Positions 13,501 to 27,577 of a stretch of DNA of 64,000 nucleotides are shown in pieces. The stretch covers positions 437,289-501,288 of the forward strand of contig QPMI01000439.1 in NCBI GenBank assembly GCA_004431415.1, read 5' to 3'. The translations under genes and the position numbers were made by a program. Below the pieces are notes generated by a model that worked only from the letters and a program-made list of their open reading frames with translations, did not search any database and was not told the DNA's origin. Positions within the stretch are counted from its first letter, which is position 1; each line of letters begins with the position of its first letter. This stretch comes from Cyanophora paradoxa CCMP329. Its lineage: Eukaryota > Plantae > Glaucophyta.

Positions 13501-16500
13501 GCGCCTCAGCTCCGCTGGGGACGGGACGGACGGGGAAGGGCCCCCGTCCCCGATCTCCCCGCTCAGCCTAAGCAATATCAACGGGCGCGGCTCGCCTATG
13601 GCTCTCGCGACGGGCGGCCGCGGCTCGCCCCCGCCGCTGCTCCGCCGCCCCTCCTCCGCCGGTGTCGGCGCCGGGGCCCGCGGCGCCGGCGCGCGCCCCG
13701 CGCGCCTGGCGGGGCGGGCGCTGGAGGCCGAGGCGGTGGGCGCCCTTGTGGCCTCCCTCTCTGACCCGACCGCGAAGCCCCGTGCGCCTCAATTGCAAGT
13801 TAAAGCTGGGCCTCTATGATTAAGCTTAAGCTTTATAGTTAGGCCTTTATATATAAATAATCTAGGCCTTTATAAGCTCCCCTTAGAGATAGGCCTCTAT
13901 AATATAATCAAGCTTAAGCTTAGCAAGCTTGAGCCCCGACCCGACCCGACCCCGAAGCCGACCTCAAGCCGACCCGACCCCGAAGCCCCGTGCGCCCCGA
14001 GATAGCGCCGCCCTAAGCTTGAGCCTAAGCTTCGCAACCAAAGCGAAACAAGCAAACTTTTCGCAATAGCAGAAGCTCCGAAACTACCCATCCTCCTCGA
14101 CCCTATCGCGAGCATTGGCTCTAAGTCCAGCTGCGAGCTCCTCTAACAAACAAACTCAACGGACGCAGAGGTGGCAAGGCAGGCGTCCATCTAGGCATAA
14201 GCGCCGCCTCGATATATCGCATCGCATCGAGCTTAAGCTTATGCATCCAAATAACTAACTAACTAACTAACTAACGAACCCTCTCCTACTCCTAACGAAC
14301 GAAGCCCATGCATCCAACTGACTGACAAACGAACGGGCCGCCCCTCCGCAGAGGTGGCGGGACAGATGGGATCCCTGCTGGCGCGGCGCAACTCGGGGGC
14401 CTCCCCCCTCCTGCCGGGTCTCCGCTCTGTCTCCGTCGGCACCGCCGCCGGCACCGCCTCCGTGCGCGACGATCCTGAGAAGCATACATAGAATCCTAAG
14501 AGCTAAGAGAATCCCAAGGCATAGAATCTCTTTAGAGGCGTACATAGAATCCCAAGAGAAGAGAATTACGTTCGATCTCGAAGGGCCACTGCCGCCCGCT
14601 CTCCTTCTCTTTCTTCGCCAATTCCTCATCTGAGATGTAATACCGTACCCCCGCTCGCTCGCTCGCTCGCTCGCCCAGATGCGCTCCGGGTCGACATCCG
14701 GAATGGCCAGTGCCGCCCGCTCCCCCTCTTCTTCTTCTTCTTCTTCGCCGTTATCTCATCTTCGCTCGCTCGCGCAGATGCGCTCCGGGTCGATATCCTC
14801 AGATGGCGGCGCCGGCGGCCTCATGAGCCTGGCCGCGGAGCGCGCCGTCGGCGGCCGCGGCTCTCCGTCCACTGAGCGAGGCGGCTCTCCGACGGGAGCG
14901 GCTGCGGCTGCGGCGGCGGCGCGGGCGGAGCGCGGCGACTCGCCGGCGGGGGACGCGCCCCTGATCGTTTTCGTGCAGGGCGGCGCCGGCTACGGTGCGC
15001 CCCCGCGGCCGCCTTTGCTGTCGGATCCGGATAGACAGATTCTATGCCATCTAGATCTACAAGCAGATTCTATGCCATCTAGATCTAGATGCATCCATGG
15101 ATACTACAGATTCCACGTCTAGATCTACGAGCAGCCGAGTATCTACTGTGCCGTAGAACAACGGCCGCTCGCCTCGCCCTCCTAACAACGGCCGCCCGCC
15201 CCGCCCTAGATCCGCATGAAGCAGCCGTCTATCTAGTTATTTATACCAAGCGCCGTGGACCGCTTCATAGGACGCCTCGATGTTATTAAATATCGTTAAC
15301 GTCTAGCAGCCGTCTATCAAGTTATTTACAAGCGCCGCTAACGGACGCCGGCGCCTCGATATCGCTGACGGCCGCGGCCGCCCGCCCGCCTCGCCTTGCA
15401 GGCAAGACCGCCCTGGCGACGCTGGCGGTGCGGCTCGCGCGGTCGGTGCGGGGCGGCCCCGTGGCGGCCGTCTCGCGGGCGAGCGAGACCAGCCGTGCCG
15501 CCCCCTTCCACGCCTTCCGCGGGCTGTTCGCCTCCCTCTTCCCCAACGGCGTCATCGACGTGCGCCCTAAAATAGAAATGTTAAGAGCAGAGAGTTTATT
15601 AATCACTAAGAGCTTAAGATAAAGACTTTGGCCGCGCCGCGCCCTTCCTCGCCTTCTAGAGGCGTCTTTAATTTGACGTGCGCCCCGAACGAGCTCTTGA
15701 GAGGCTCGGCGGAGCTTGAGAAGACCCCCCCCCCCCCCCCCCCTCTTTCCTGTTCCCCCCGCGCCCCCTCCGCTCACCGCACCGCCCACACGCGCAGATG
15801 AGCCCCTACGTGGAGCCGCGGGAGCTGCACCTCCTCCCCATCTTCGCCCGGGTGCGCACTATCGTTCTGGAGTGGCACCTGCGGCGGCTGGCTGCGCCGG
15901 GGTCGCGGCGCGCCTCTTGGAGGGGGCGGGTAGGGTACCGATTTGGTTCTCCGCCGCGGCTTCTTCGACTGCTTCTAGATCTCCCGCTAGATCTGCTTCT
16001 TCCAGGGGCGCTCGAGCCCTAGCCGACCCGATCGGGCCTGCTTCTAATTTGATCTGCCTCCAGGGGCGCTCGAGCCTAAGCCGTCATCCGGCTGACCTTC
16101 GGCCTCCGGCTCCCCGTTCGCAGCTCTTCAAGCTCCCCGGGGTACCCCACCACGACGGCCCGCGCCTCTCCATCGTCGGCGGCCCGGGGGACAACATTAA
16201 TCCCCGCATGTCTCAGGTCCGTCCTTTCCGCCCCCGCGCGCGGCGTGAGCCGAGCCGCCTGCCTAGAATGGCCTCGTCATCTAACGTCGTAAAAGACAGG
16301 TCTTAGATCTTAGATATCTTAGATGGGCTTGAACCGACTAACAGGTCTTAGATCTTAGATACCACAACCTTCCATCCTGCCTTCCTCCCCCGGGTCCCAC
16401 CTTACTACTAAGTTAGCCTCAGCCTCAGAGCACCCTGCCTAGATCTCCTCGCCCACTTTCTCCCGCTGGCCTAATTATATCAAACGAACCTCAGATCTTC

Positions 16501-19500
16501 TCCGGGACGCCCCTGGGCCTTGCGGACAACCGGCGCCTGTCCCAGGTCCTCGGCCTGGGCCCCCCGGCGGGCCCCGATACGGGGGGTACGCCGCCTATGT
16601 CGCCCGCCGCGCCGCTCTCGCCGTCGGCCGTGCTTCCCTTCTCGGGCGGGAGCCCGCCCTCCCTCCTCAACACGCCCCGAAACGACGCCCACGGCGCCCC
16701 GCGGTAACCCCCTCCTTTCCCCCCCCTTTCCCCGTTCCTTTCCTTTCTTGGCTGAGGGGTGCCCGTTGCAGGGGCGGGTGGGTCGGCGAGGCCGGCGGCC
16801 CCTCTCAGAGCGTCGCCGGCGGACCCGCGCTCCAGGTCCGCGTCACTCGCTTTCGGTGCAGCGGTTCCTCGAACCCGCTTTCGGCGCAGGGGTTCCTGGT
16901 GCGCATCCTCCTGCGCCGCGCCAAGGCCGGCGCGCTCCTCCTTGTCATCGAGGGTTCGAACCCGCCCCGCCCCGCCCCGCCCCGTACGACCGGTGCTGAT
17001 CGCGCCCCGCTTCGATTCGTTCGCCGCAGACATGCACCAAGGCGACAGCCAGTCCTGGTGAGCGTGGGCGGCGCCGGCGCACCCTTCTGCCCCATCCCCC
17101 GTCCTTCTGACGCGCCCCGCCTCAGGTCTGCGCTGACGTCGCTGGCGGCGGCGCTGCCGTCGTCTCTCTCCGAGGGCGTGCGGCTGGGGCTGCTCGTGAC
17201 CGCCCGCGGGGCCGACGACGACGTGGCCGCCCCGGGCTCCATCCGCGGTGCGATGGACCAACTCTCAGTCTCTATCTAGAGACCGCCTCGTACTAGAGCC
17301 GAGATGTCTCGATCTTTGAGCCGGGGCGCTCGCGCTCGGGCGCTGACAGACGGGCTCGAGCTCCATGCGCGGTCTAGATCAAATCTAGATCTAATCTAAT
17401 CAAATCTAGATCTGATCTAGCCAAGCCGATAGATCGATAGTCGATGAACCAGCTCTCCAAGATCTAGAGCCCGCCTCGGGCTGGCGCTCGGCCGCTGACC
17501 GCACGCGCGCAGGGACGCTGCTGCTGGCGTCGGCGTCCTCCGCCGAGCGGCTGGCGGGCCTGCCGCGCGCGCGGCGCATCGCCCTCGCGCCCCTCGCCGA
17601 GCCCGACACCGGCGCCCTCGTGCGCCCCCGCCCGCCCGCCCGCCCGCCCGCCCGTCCCATCCTTTCTCTCTTTCTATCTTTCTTTGCTTTCTTAGGCTAA
17701 TTATCTATCTATCTAAGCCAATTCAGGCTGCTCTAAGCCAATGAAGCAGTCTCTAAACGCACGGCTGGCCGCTCTGAACGAACGAACGAACGAACGAACG
17801 AACGTTGACGCAGATCCGGGCGGCGATCGGGGCGGGGGGCGTGGTGCCGAGCGCGCTGCGCGCCTTCGTCCACCAGCAGAGCGGCGGCGTCCCCGGCATC
17901 GCCGTCGACCTCACCCGGTCCGCCCTTGTAATTTTTAGTTAAGCTAAGCTAAGCTAAGATGTGCGAAACGATAAAAGGAAATTATTAAGGCACGCAAACT
18001 AGAAGCGCCGGGCTCATGATCATTAGAACTCAAATAAAACCTCACCCGGTCCGCGGCTCATTACTCAAATCGAATCGAATTACTCAAACTAGAAGCGGCT
18101 CATTAGAATTCATCCCGGCACCTTGCAAAGCTTAAGTTGCTACAAGCTGCTCTAAAGCTGCTCTAAGCCCTCCCCGGCATCGCCGCCGACCTCACCCGGT
18201 CCGCCATATATATACGAACGAAATCGAATTACTCAAACTAGAAGCGGCTCATTAGAATTCATCCCGGCACCTTGCAAAGCTTAAGTTGCTACAAGCTGCT
18301 CTAAAGCTGCTCTAAGCCCTCCCCGGCATCGCCGTCGACCTCACCCGGTCCGCCCTTGTAATCTAGCTAAGCTAAGCTAAGCTAAGCTAAGCTAAGCTAA
18401 GCTAAGCTTTGCGAAACGATAAGTGGAAATTAATATATAAAAGGCACGCAAACTAGAAGCGGTCCATTAGAATTCAGGAGAGATGAGTAAAGAATTCCAC
18501 CTCCCCCCGGTCCGGATCCGCCTTTTCGAGCGGCGGGGTCCCCGGCATCGCTGAGGACCTTATCGTGTAAGATAGATGGAAGAATGGGAATCAGTTAAAC
18601 TCGTAATAGTTTGCACGTCGGTGTCGTTTCGTTCGACTTATGCCTTCGATTTTCGCCTCGCAGGGCGCTGCTGGAGCGGGGCGACATCGCCGTGGACGCC
18701 GGCGGCCGCTGCCTCCTCGTCCGCAGGCGCGCTTAACTAAGAGCTAGAAGCTAGCTAGGAGCTCCTAAGCTTTTATCCAAGCCTCTAAGCCCCATGAGCT
18801 CGAAGCTTGATCTACACGAGGCCGAGCCGGCGCTCTTACCGGCGGACCGCCCCCGCGATCGCTCGCAGCCTGCGGGAGGGGACGCGCAACGTGAGCGACG
18901 CCGTCCGCGCGGCCCTCTGCGAGCGCCTCGACCGCCTCTCCACCGCCCAGGCGCGCGCTTGTTGTTATGCATCATTCCCTGTAATAACTTTTCGTGTTTC
19001 CTCTTCTGTGAATCTCCGTGGCACATCTTCTATGATCTATATGATTTCGAAATTCCCTGCTCTCTAGATCTCGATGCCCTTCTAAGACGTCTCACCTTAG
19101 TCCTCGACCGCCTCTCCACCGCCCAGGCCCGGTCTCTTTCGCTGACTGCTCCCCCCGCCCCCGCCGCCGCCGCCGCCGCAGATGCTGCTGCTGAAGCTCG
19201 CGAGCGTCGTCGGGTCCCACTTCACCGTTGTGCGCTCACTCAACCTGCCGCCTCTTTTATTAGAATCCGATTAGGATCTACTGGGAATCTATATATATAT
19301 CTGGGAATCTACTAAACTTTACTAAACCTACCGCCGTTTCACTAAATCTACCGCCGCGGAGCGCGCGGGGCGCGGCCGGCCGACGGCGCCGGCAGGGGGA
19401 GGTTGCGGCGATTCACCCGGCCTGCGCGGGGGAGGGCGGCGGGGCCGAGGAGTGCGCACGGGACCTTGCCGCCGCGATCTACGCCGACCTCTCCGCGTGC

Positions 19501-22500
19501 GCGAGAATCTATTGGAATCTATCTATTGGAATCTATTAGAATCTATTAGGCATCGGTCATTAGAATCTATTAGGAGGCGATCTCGCCGCCGCGATCTACG
19601 CCGACCTCTCCGCGTGCGCGTGCGCACCTCTGGAATTCGTCTCCCGCTCAGAATCCTGTAATTGTATTAGGGGCCCACCGGTCTCCTAATAAACGAATCG
19701 GTCTACTAATGAACGAATGACGCGTCGCGCTCATCTCCGCCCCGCCCGCCCGCTGCGCAGGCTGGTGCCCCAAGGCATCCTCGCGGTGCCCGCGCCCCGC
19801 CCCGCCCCGCCCCGCCCCGCCCTTCGTTGCTTCCGTCTCAAAGGCGCCTGGCGACACCTTTGAGTGCCTTTTAGAGCCCGCCCCTCTCTGCCCTTCTCCC
19901 CCGCCTCCTCTGGGACCCTCGACCGGGTGGTGCGGGGCGGGCGCCTCTAAGATGCTAAGCTATACGCACCTTTAAGATGGACGCTGTGGAGCGGTTTTGC
20001 AAGGCCTGACCTGACGGGCGCCTGGCGGCGGCAGCGGGTGGTGCGGGGCGGGCGGCGGGTCTCCTTCTCGGACCGCGAGCGCGACCGGGACGAGGGCGTA
20101 AACTCGTCCAAGGGACCCGGAGGCTTCGGGGGGGAGGAGGAGGACGCGGAGGGGGAGGAGAAGGTGCGGGGGCCCGGGGCCGGGGCGGGGCCCAGGCCGG
20201 GACCTAGTCCGGGCGGGGGATGGAGCCTGGCGACGACGATATAGCTCTTTATAGTTAGACTTTTACCGCGCGTCGGCGTGACTTTATAGTTGAGGTTTAC
20301 AGTTGGACGTGCTGCGCATCGCCGTCTTGCTTGCTCACCGGGCGACCCCGCATTTCGCAGGAGGAAGAGGAGACTGCCCGGGCGGCCGGCGCCGTGCGCA
20401 CCGACCCCCGCCCCAGCCACCCGCCCACCCACCGCCGCTGGGTCTCGCGCCTCTAGCCAGCCAGCCCACTAGCGCCCGCCCGCCAGCGCCGTGCCGGACC
20501 TCCAGCTGAGCCTTACTGCGCTTAAGCCCAACTTGATTCCCGGGTCCCACCTCACGCGGCCTCGCTCGCGATCGTTCGAATTCGGCCCCGCAAGAGGCGG
20601 CGTTCCGCTTGGGCACAAGCCTAAGCCTAAGCCTAACTAACTAAGCCTAAGCCTAACTAACTGCTACTAGCGCCTACTAAGCCTAACTGCGCTGAAGCCT
20701 GGCTTGGCCCCGGGGTCCCACTGGTAACACTGCGCTCAAGCTTGACCGCCCTGCAGGAGGCTGCCTTCCGCTTCGGGCACAAGATGATGCGGGAGGTGAC
20801 GTACGGCCTCCTCCCCGTGCCCCAGGCGCGCGCGTACCCCCCACCCCGCTTGCCGCGCCTCGCCCCGCCCGAGATCAAGCTTCCGACCCGCGTCCCTCTT
20901 GGCTGACCGTGCCCGCCCCTCCCCGCAGCGGCGGTCGCTGCACCGGGCCCTGGCGCACCTCTACGAGGTTCGCCAGCCCCTCGCAGCTCGCCGCGCCGCG
21001 CCGCGCCACGCCACGCCTTGCGGCTCACCCTGGCGCCCGCTCTCCCGCCCGCCTTCAGACGCGGCTGAAGGATGCGGCGCGGGCCGGCGAGGGCGAGGGC
21101 GAGGGCCAGGGCGAGGGCGAGGGGGACGGGGAGGAGGACCTGGAATCCCTCTCCTGCATATCCCACCACCTCCTCCTCGGTGCCCGCCCGCCCGCCCGCC
21201 CGCCCGCCCGCCCCTTGCAGATTCCTAGAACACTTCTCGCGTTGTTCGCTTCTTTTAGACGTTAATCCGACCCCGGACGTCTCCGCGTGCGGTCCTGACC
21301 GGGCCCCCGTCCCTGCCTGTGCCCGGGCGGCCGCTCTTCAAGCCGAAAGCTCTTTAAGCTCTCTTTCCTATATATCCTGGTCCTGTTCTTGACCCGATCC
21401 TGGTCCTGACGCCTCCGTCGGCGATCGCGCGCAGCCGGGGAGAGCGAGCGGGCGGCGCCGTACCTCGAGCGCTCGGCGCGCCTCGCCGTCAAGTCCGGCG
21501 CCCACGTCGAGGTCCGCGCCGCATTAGACTGAGTTAAACTCTTGTTCTTTACGAGAGTCTCGTTCTTGGATAAGAACCTAATAATAAAGAGCTCGATTCC
21601 TATAAAAACTGAATTCGAACCCGCTCGCTCACGCACGCCTCCGGCGGCGCCTCAGGCGCTGAGGCTGTACGAGGACCTGTGCGGGACGGGGGCGGCCCCC
21701 GCGGCGCGGCGGGCCGAGTGGACGCGCCGCCGCGCCCAGTCCCTCCACCTCATGGGGTGCGCCCACGCGCCGCCGACGCCGGCTTGCCGGCTAGCTAGAG
21801 AATCTAGCCAGAATGCATAGCTACATCGCGGCCTCCCGCGAAGTCTCGATCCCGCGAAGTCAGACTCTGAGACGCGCCGCCCCGCGCCCCGCCCCGGCCC
21901 CGATCCCCTCTATCCCCTCTAGATCCCCTCTAGATCTCGCCCTCAGACTCTGAGACGCTCCGCCCCGCCGCGGCCCGCAGGCTGTACCGGGAGGCGATGG
22001 CGGCGTGCCGCGCCGGCCTGCTCCTCCTCGACCGCCCCGTCCCCGCGTGCGCACGCCCCGCCAGCTCCCCCGCTAGATCTAGATCTAGACTAGGCGTCCA
22101 TGGCACGCTCTAGATCCAAACTGGCGCGGTCTAGATCGCCCCGTCCCCGCGTGCGCACTCCCGCCCAGAAGGCACAGAACCTGTTGCACTCAGAAGCTAG
22201 CTAGCTTTACAAGCGCTCCAACTAACAAGCATCTAACTAACTAAAGAGCATCTGACTAACGAGCATCTTCCCCTGCCCTCCTCCTCTGCCCCGTAGCTCG
22301 AGGGCGGCGTCGATGGCGCGGTTCGCGGTGCTGGCGGCGCGCCTCGCGGCGGCCACCACGCCCGACCCCTACCAGCTCGACAGGCCCGCCCCCGGCGACG
22401 ACTCCCCGGTGCGCCCCGCGCCGTCTTCCGTAGCCATCGCGCCAATCTACCATCCTCGAGACGCCGCCCAGCGCCGCCCGCCCGAGAGCTTACGCTTTGT

Positions 22501-25500
22501 GTCCTGGCTAGCTGGCCTAGCTAAATATCATAGCATAGAAAGCAGCAGGTTATATCTATCTACCTACCGTCTTGAATACCGCCGCGACGGCTTCTTCTGA
22601 TCTCTGACCTTCCTCCTCCTCGGGCGCAGGAGAAAGTGGCGTCGGAGGCGTCGCTGCTCTACGCGACCCTCGCCGCCTGCGGCGACCGGTGCGCCCCGCC
22701 CCGCCCGCCCAGGCGCGGGCGAAGGCGAAGGCGTGGCGGACGAAACATAGAGGCGAACCGGCATACAGAGGGGAGAGAAAAAGAGAGAGAGCGGCGCCCG
22801 CCCCGCCCCGCCCCGCACCGCCGCCGCGCAGAATAGAGCATAGTCCGAATGAGGGGAGAGAGTCGGACGTGAGCCATAGAGGGAAAGGGACACAGCCTGC
22901 TAAGCCCGGCAAAGGGAACCAGAGAGAGAACCCGCCCCGCCCCGCCGCTCACGCCCACGCCCCCGGCTGCTGACGCCGCCCGCGTGCTCTGCGCCGGCGC
23001 AGGACGAACGAGGACCGCTCCCTGATGGCCCTCTGCGCCGCCTCCGCCGTCCGCCCCGCCCCGCCCCGCCCCGCCCCGCCCCGCCCCGCCCTGACTTGCA
23101 GCACACTCTCTCTTAAAAATCCTGCCATGCGATATTCTAAAACTCTGCCATGCGATATTCTAAACTCAATATTCGCCCCGCCCCACCGCAACCGCCTTTC
23201 CCCGTCTCACACCGGTTCGATGTGCAGGCGTGGGAGGCGCTGCGGGCGCCGACGCTGGGGCCCGCCCTCGCGTACGGCTCCGCCGTCTGGGTGCGCCGCT
23301 TCGACCGCGATTCTTCTGCCGCCCGATCTCGAATCTTGGATCGAATCTTGGATCGAATCTTGGACGCTGATTCCTTCCTCCCGCGCCACATCGATATCGC
23401 AGGCGGCGCTGTGCGCGATCATGCGCTGGGGCAAGCAGTCGGCGCGCTTCGCACAGGTCCCCCCCCCTCCCCCCCCCCCCCCCCCCATCCTCTTTCCCTT
23501 TGCATCTGATCCTCGCCCCTTCCCCTCGCCCCGCCCCGCCCCTCGGCCCGGCCCGCAGCTGTCGAAGAACTGCCTGACGCAGGTTGACCCCACCCCCCCA
23601 CCCCCGCGCCAAGATAAGATAGGGGGCCCTTAGATAGGAGGCCGCCGCTCCGCCTAGGAGACCCGCCCCGTCCCCCGCACAGCGCTGCGTCTGGCCTCAG
23701 CGGCCGCCACTAGTACTCCCCCTGGGGCCTAAACCTACCTCCCTCCGCAGGTGGATCGCATCGACACGTACCTCGAGACTCTCCCGCACCTCGCCCAGGT
23801 CCACACTCCAGACTCCAGACTCCGGACTCCAGACGATTAGAGCCAGTGATCATATCTCTAGATCTTATAGATCTTATAAGTCCCGCATCTAGATCTTATA
23901 TAAGGATCTATATAAGGGACTAGACCCCCCCGCACCTCGCCCAGGCCCGCCCCGCCTTCGATCCCGAATGTTCTTCGATCCCGAATGTTCTTCGATCCCG
24001 AATGTGTCTTCGATCCCGAACGCGCAGGCGGAGCTCGCGGTGCAGGATTTCGCCCTGGTCCGCCCGTCTTGGCCCGGGCCCCTCCTCCGGCCCCGCCGCT
24101 TCCGATCTAATCTTCTCCTTCTCCTTCGTTCGCAGGCGGAGGTCTCGTGCCGGATGTGGCTCGAGATCGCCGAGCGCGCCGGCTCCCTCTCCGCACAGGC
24201 AACCTCCCCCCCCCCCCCCCCCCCCCCTCCCCGCCCCATAGCGAGGATAAAGAGCGGGCCCCTTAGCGCTCAGCGGCCCAAGTTTCTTGAACGGGCCCTA
24301 GGCCTAGAGATTCTTTGAGCTGAGAGGTCTTCGAGCGTCCGTCCCGACGCGCGCACGTAACCTCGCTCCCCCGGCTCGGCTAGTAGCCCAGAGAATTCTG
24401 GTAGAAACCTCTTAGGCGGACCGAAGCGTCGTTCTCTATATACCTATCTATCTATCCATCTACCTATCTATCTATCTATCTATCCATCTATTTATCTCCC
24501 TCGGTTCGTTTCGTAACCTAACACCGCCCCCTCTCTCCCCCGCCCCCGCCCCCACCCCTCTTGAACGGGCCCTTGTTCTTTCCTAGAGCTTCTTTTGAGC
24601 GCGTAACCAGAATTTTAGAGCGCTCTCTATCTATCTATAGCTATCTACCTCCCTCAAGAGTCGTAACTTACGGTCGCCCTCTCCCCCCCCGCAGGTGGAG
24701 TGCGTGCACGCGCTGGTGCTGCTGCAGCGGCGGGGCGCCTGCGCCCGCGCCAGCGTCTGGCCGGGGGGGCCCGCCAAGATCGCCGCCCTCCTCCTCGTGC
24801 GCGCTCGCTCGCCGGCGCCGCATTACACACTTAAGTTTGACACGTAACGATATATAACAACAATAATGACATATTAGATGGCTTAAAATAAGAAAGGCTC
24901 CGGACGCCCTCCTTCCAGCCTCTGATATCAACTAACCGCGGCCCTCGCCATCCCCCCTCGCCCCTCGCCCCGTGCAGGGGGTCGGGGACGCGGCGTGGCG
25001 GACGGCGCGGCCGCTGCCGGAGCTGCACGCGACGCTCGCCGCCTCCCTCCTCGCCGACCTCCTCCTCCAGCAGGTACGATGCGAACCGAGGCTAATACCA
25101 TGAGGCTAATACCATACGTTGTGAGCCAAGCTAAAGTCTTATAAGCTAAGGAGGGCTCTAATTATAACCCGGCGATGCGAAGGGCAAGGGCAAAGGCCAT
25201 ACATGATAAGGAGGCCCAGGGCTCTAATTATGGGCCGAGGCCGAGGAGGACCTAGGCAACCAGAAAGAGAACCATAAAGTTCCGGACGCCGGAACTTCTA
25301 CGGAACTTCTGGTTGCCTAGGTCCTCCTCGGCCTATGGGCGGAGGGCGAGGGCTCTGAGCCAAGGGCAAGGGCCACACATGCTAAGGGGCCTAGGCCTTA
25401 AGAACAACTAGAGAGAGAACCTATACGTTACAAAGGGCTCTGGGGGTGTTGCACGGCGCCCGCCCACTTCGGCCCCGCTCGCCTCTGCCCCTCTCTCCCC

Positions 25501-27577
25501 TCCCCCCCCTCCTCCTCCTCCCCCCCCCTTCTCTCCCCTCACCCCCACCGTCCCGGCGCAGGACGAGACGGAGCGGGCGCTGGGGGCGCTGGAGGCGCAC
25601 GCCCGCGGCTGCGACCTCGCCGCCCTCGCCCGCGACTCCGACTCCGCGGTCCGCGCTCTCCGCCCCGCCCCTTCGCGCCCGCGCCCTGTTTATATACGAG
25701 CTTGATCCCTTTCTAATTTCCCGCGCTTGCCCTCTAGATCTAATTTCCGAGAGTATTTTATTATCCGAGAGTATTTTATTCGATCGCCCGAGAGTCGGAG
25801 TCGCCCGCGACTCCGACTCCGCGGTCCGCGCTCTCCGGGCTCTACCCCGGTAGATCTAGCGCTTTAAAATTATCATCCGTCCTAGGCCATTCGAGGTTTC
25901 TTCGACGTGGCTTGAAAGACGCGCGCGCCTGACCCCCGGCCCTCCTCCCCCTCCTCCTCCTTCGTCTTCTGCATCATGGCATTGTTTTATATATAGCGCC
26001 TGACCGCCCCCGCCCCGCCCGGCTCGGCAGGTGTGCGGCTTCTTCTGCGTGTACGCGCAGGCGCTGCTGCGCGGGGCCGGCGCCGACGCGGCGCGGCGGG
26101 CCGCCTCGGGGGTCGCCCACGTTCCCGCCGTAGAGGACGAGTCCGACCTCGACGGCGCGGTGAGTCAGAGCGAGAGCTCGAGCGGGCGAGCGCGTGATAG
26201 CTATAGAAGACAGGGGTACGCCGTAGCGCGCGATAGCATCGGCACGCGATAGCACCGGCGGTGCTAAGATTCACTTACGTATACGAAGCGGTGAGAGGGA
26301 GAGTGGGGGGAGACATTGATATACAGACGTCGATGTCAAAAAGTCTGGGAAATAATATGCGTGTGCGCCGCCTCCGGATCCGCCGCGCGCCCCGCTGACC
26401 CTACCCGCCGCCCCGCCACAGGTGCTGGCTGGGCGGGCGCCGCGCACGCTGCGGGCCGCCTGCGCCGCCGCCGAGCGCGGCATCTCCCTCCTCCTCGTGC
26501 GTCCTCGAAACAAAACGAAACCCCGCTATAAGCCTTAGGGGCGCTTTATAGCTTTATAGCGTCCGCTAAGATGCTTGGAAGATGCTCACGCTCATATAAG
26601 CGCCTGAAGAGCACATTGTTTTATAGAGCTCCGAGCACGCCTCTCTGCCCTCTCTCCGTGGCGCGCTAACGGTGCCGCCCCTGCGCAGGCCCCGGAGCAC
26701 CCGCGCGGCCGCTTCCTCTCCGCCCGCCACGACGTCGCCATCCAGGTCCGCTAAGATGCTTAGAAGATGTAATAATATGATTCGATAAAGATACAGGCTT
26801 GATAGCTTAGCTTGTAGTCCTGGCTTTACAGCTTAAGAGCGCCTGGGGTCGTCTTGATTCGGCGCTGAGACCTCGGCCCGGCGCCCCGGCCCTCTGCGCG
26901 CGCCTAAGATTAGATTATACTGCTACAAGATGAGTAGATGATTAGGAGATTAGATTAAACTACTACTACAAGTTTGATAGCTTATTTCGAAGCTGAGCCC
27001 GGGCGCTAACGGCGCGCACGCCCCGCCCCCCACCCAGGCGCTCTACGCGTGCCTTGCCCTCTTCGTCGCATGGCTGGCGGCCGACGCGGGATCCCGCCCG
27101 CCCTCCGCCGAGCCGCACCCGGCCCTGGCCCTGGCCGCCCACTACGGCGCCCCGCCGGCCTCGGAGCTCCCGCCGGCGCGCCACGTCGCCGGCCTCGGCG
27201 CCGCCGCCTGCGACCGCCTCGCCGAGCTGGCCCCGCACGACGCGCTGCGGCCGCTGGCGCTCGCCGCCCGCGGCCTCGCCCGCGCCTTCCGGGGGCGCAA
27301 CGGCGCCGCCTCTTCGGACTTTAGGGAGGCAGCGGGCCTGTCGCCCGACTGGCGCGCCCACGGCGAGATCCGCTCGCCCATCCTGGGCCGCAACCGCGCC
27401 CTCGCGGTGCTCCTCAAGGCCCTCCTCTGCTCCCGCGCCGACGGCGGCTCCCGCGCCCGCCTCCTCTCCGCCGCCGAGGCCGCGTTCCGGCGGGCCTCGG
27501 ACGACCACTTCGCGGCCACGGCGGCCGCCCTGCTGCAGGCCCCGCCCGCCTCCGCGGCCAACGGCACGCGCATCTAA
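10516..27577 (+). CDS. ADCY10/soluble adenylyl cyclase-like protein: two class III cyclase domains + STAND P-loop NTPase + helical/TPR-like tail, many exons
   Basis: C1: VVVLFDVAGFSTLCE and GDVISFLGDGLLAAW. C2: ITFDDKGLVFIGVWGL..SHEDDPARA, GSVVNKAARLM and LKGFK. Walker A QGGAGY|GKT (split by an intron), Walker B LLLVIE|DMH, SGGVP, RLDRLS, FRFGHKMMREVTYGLL. Ends NGTRI* at 27577. Confidence 0.88.
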
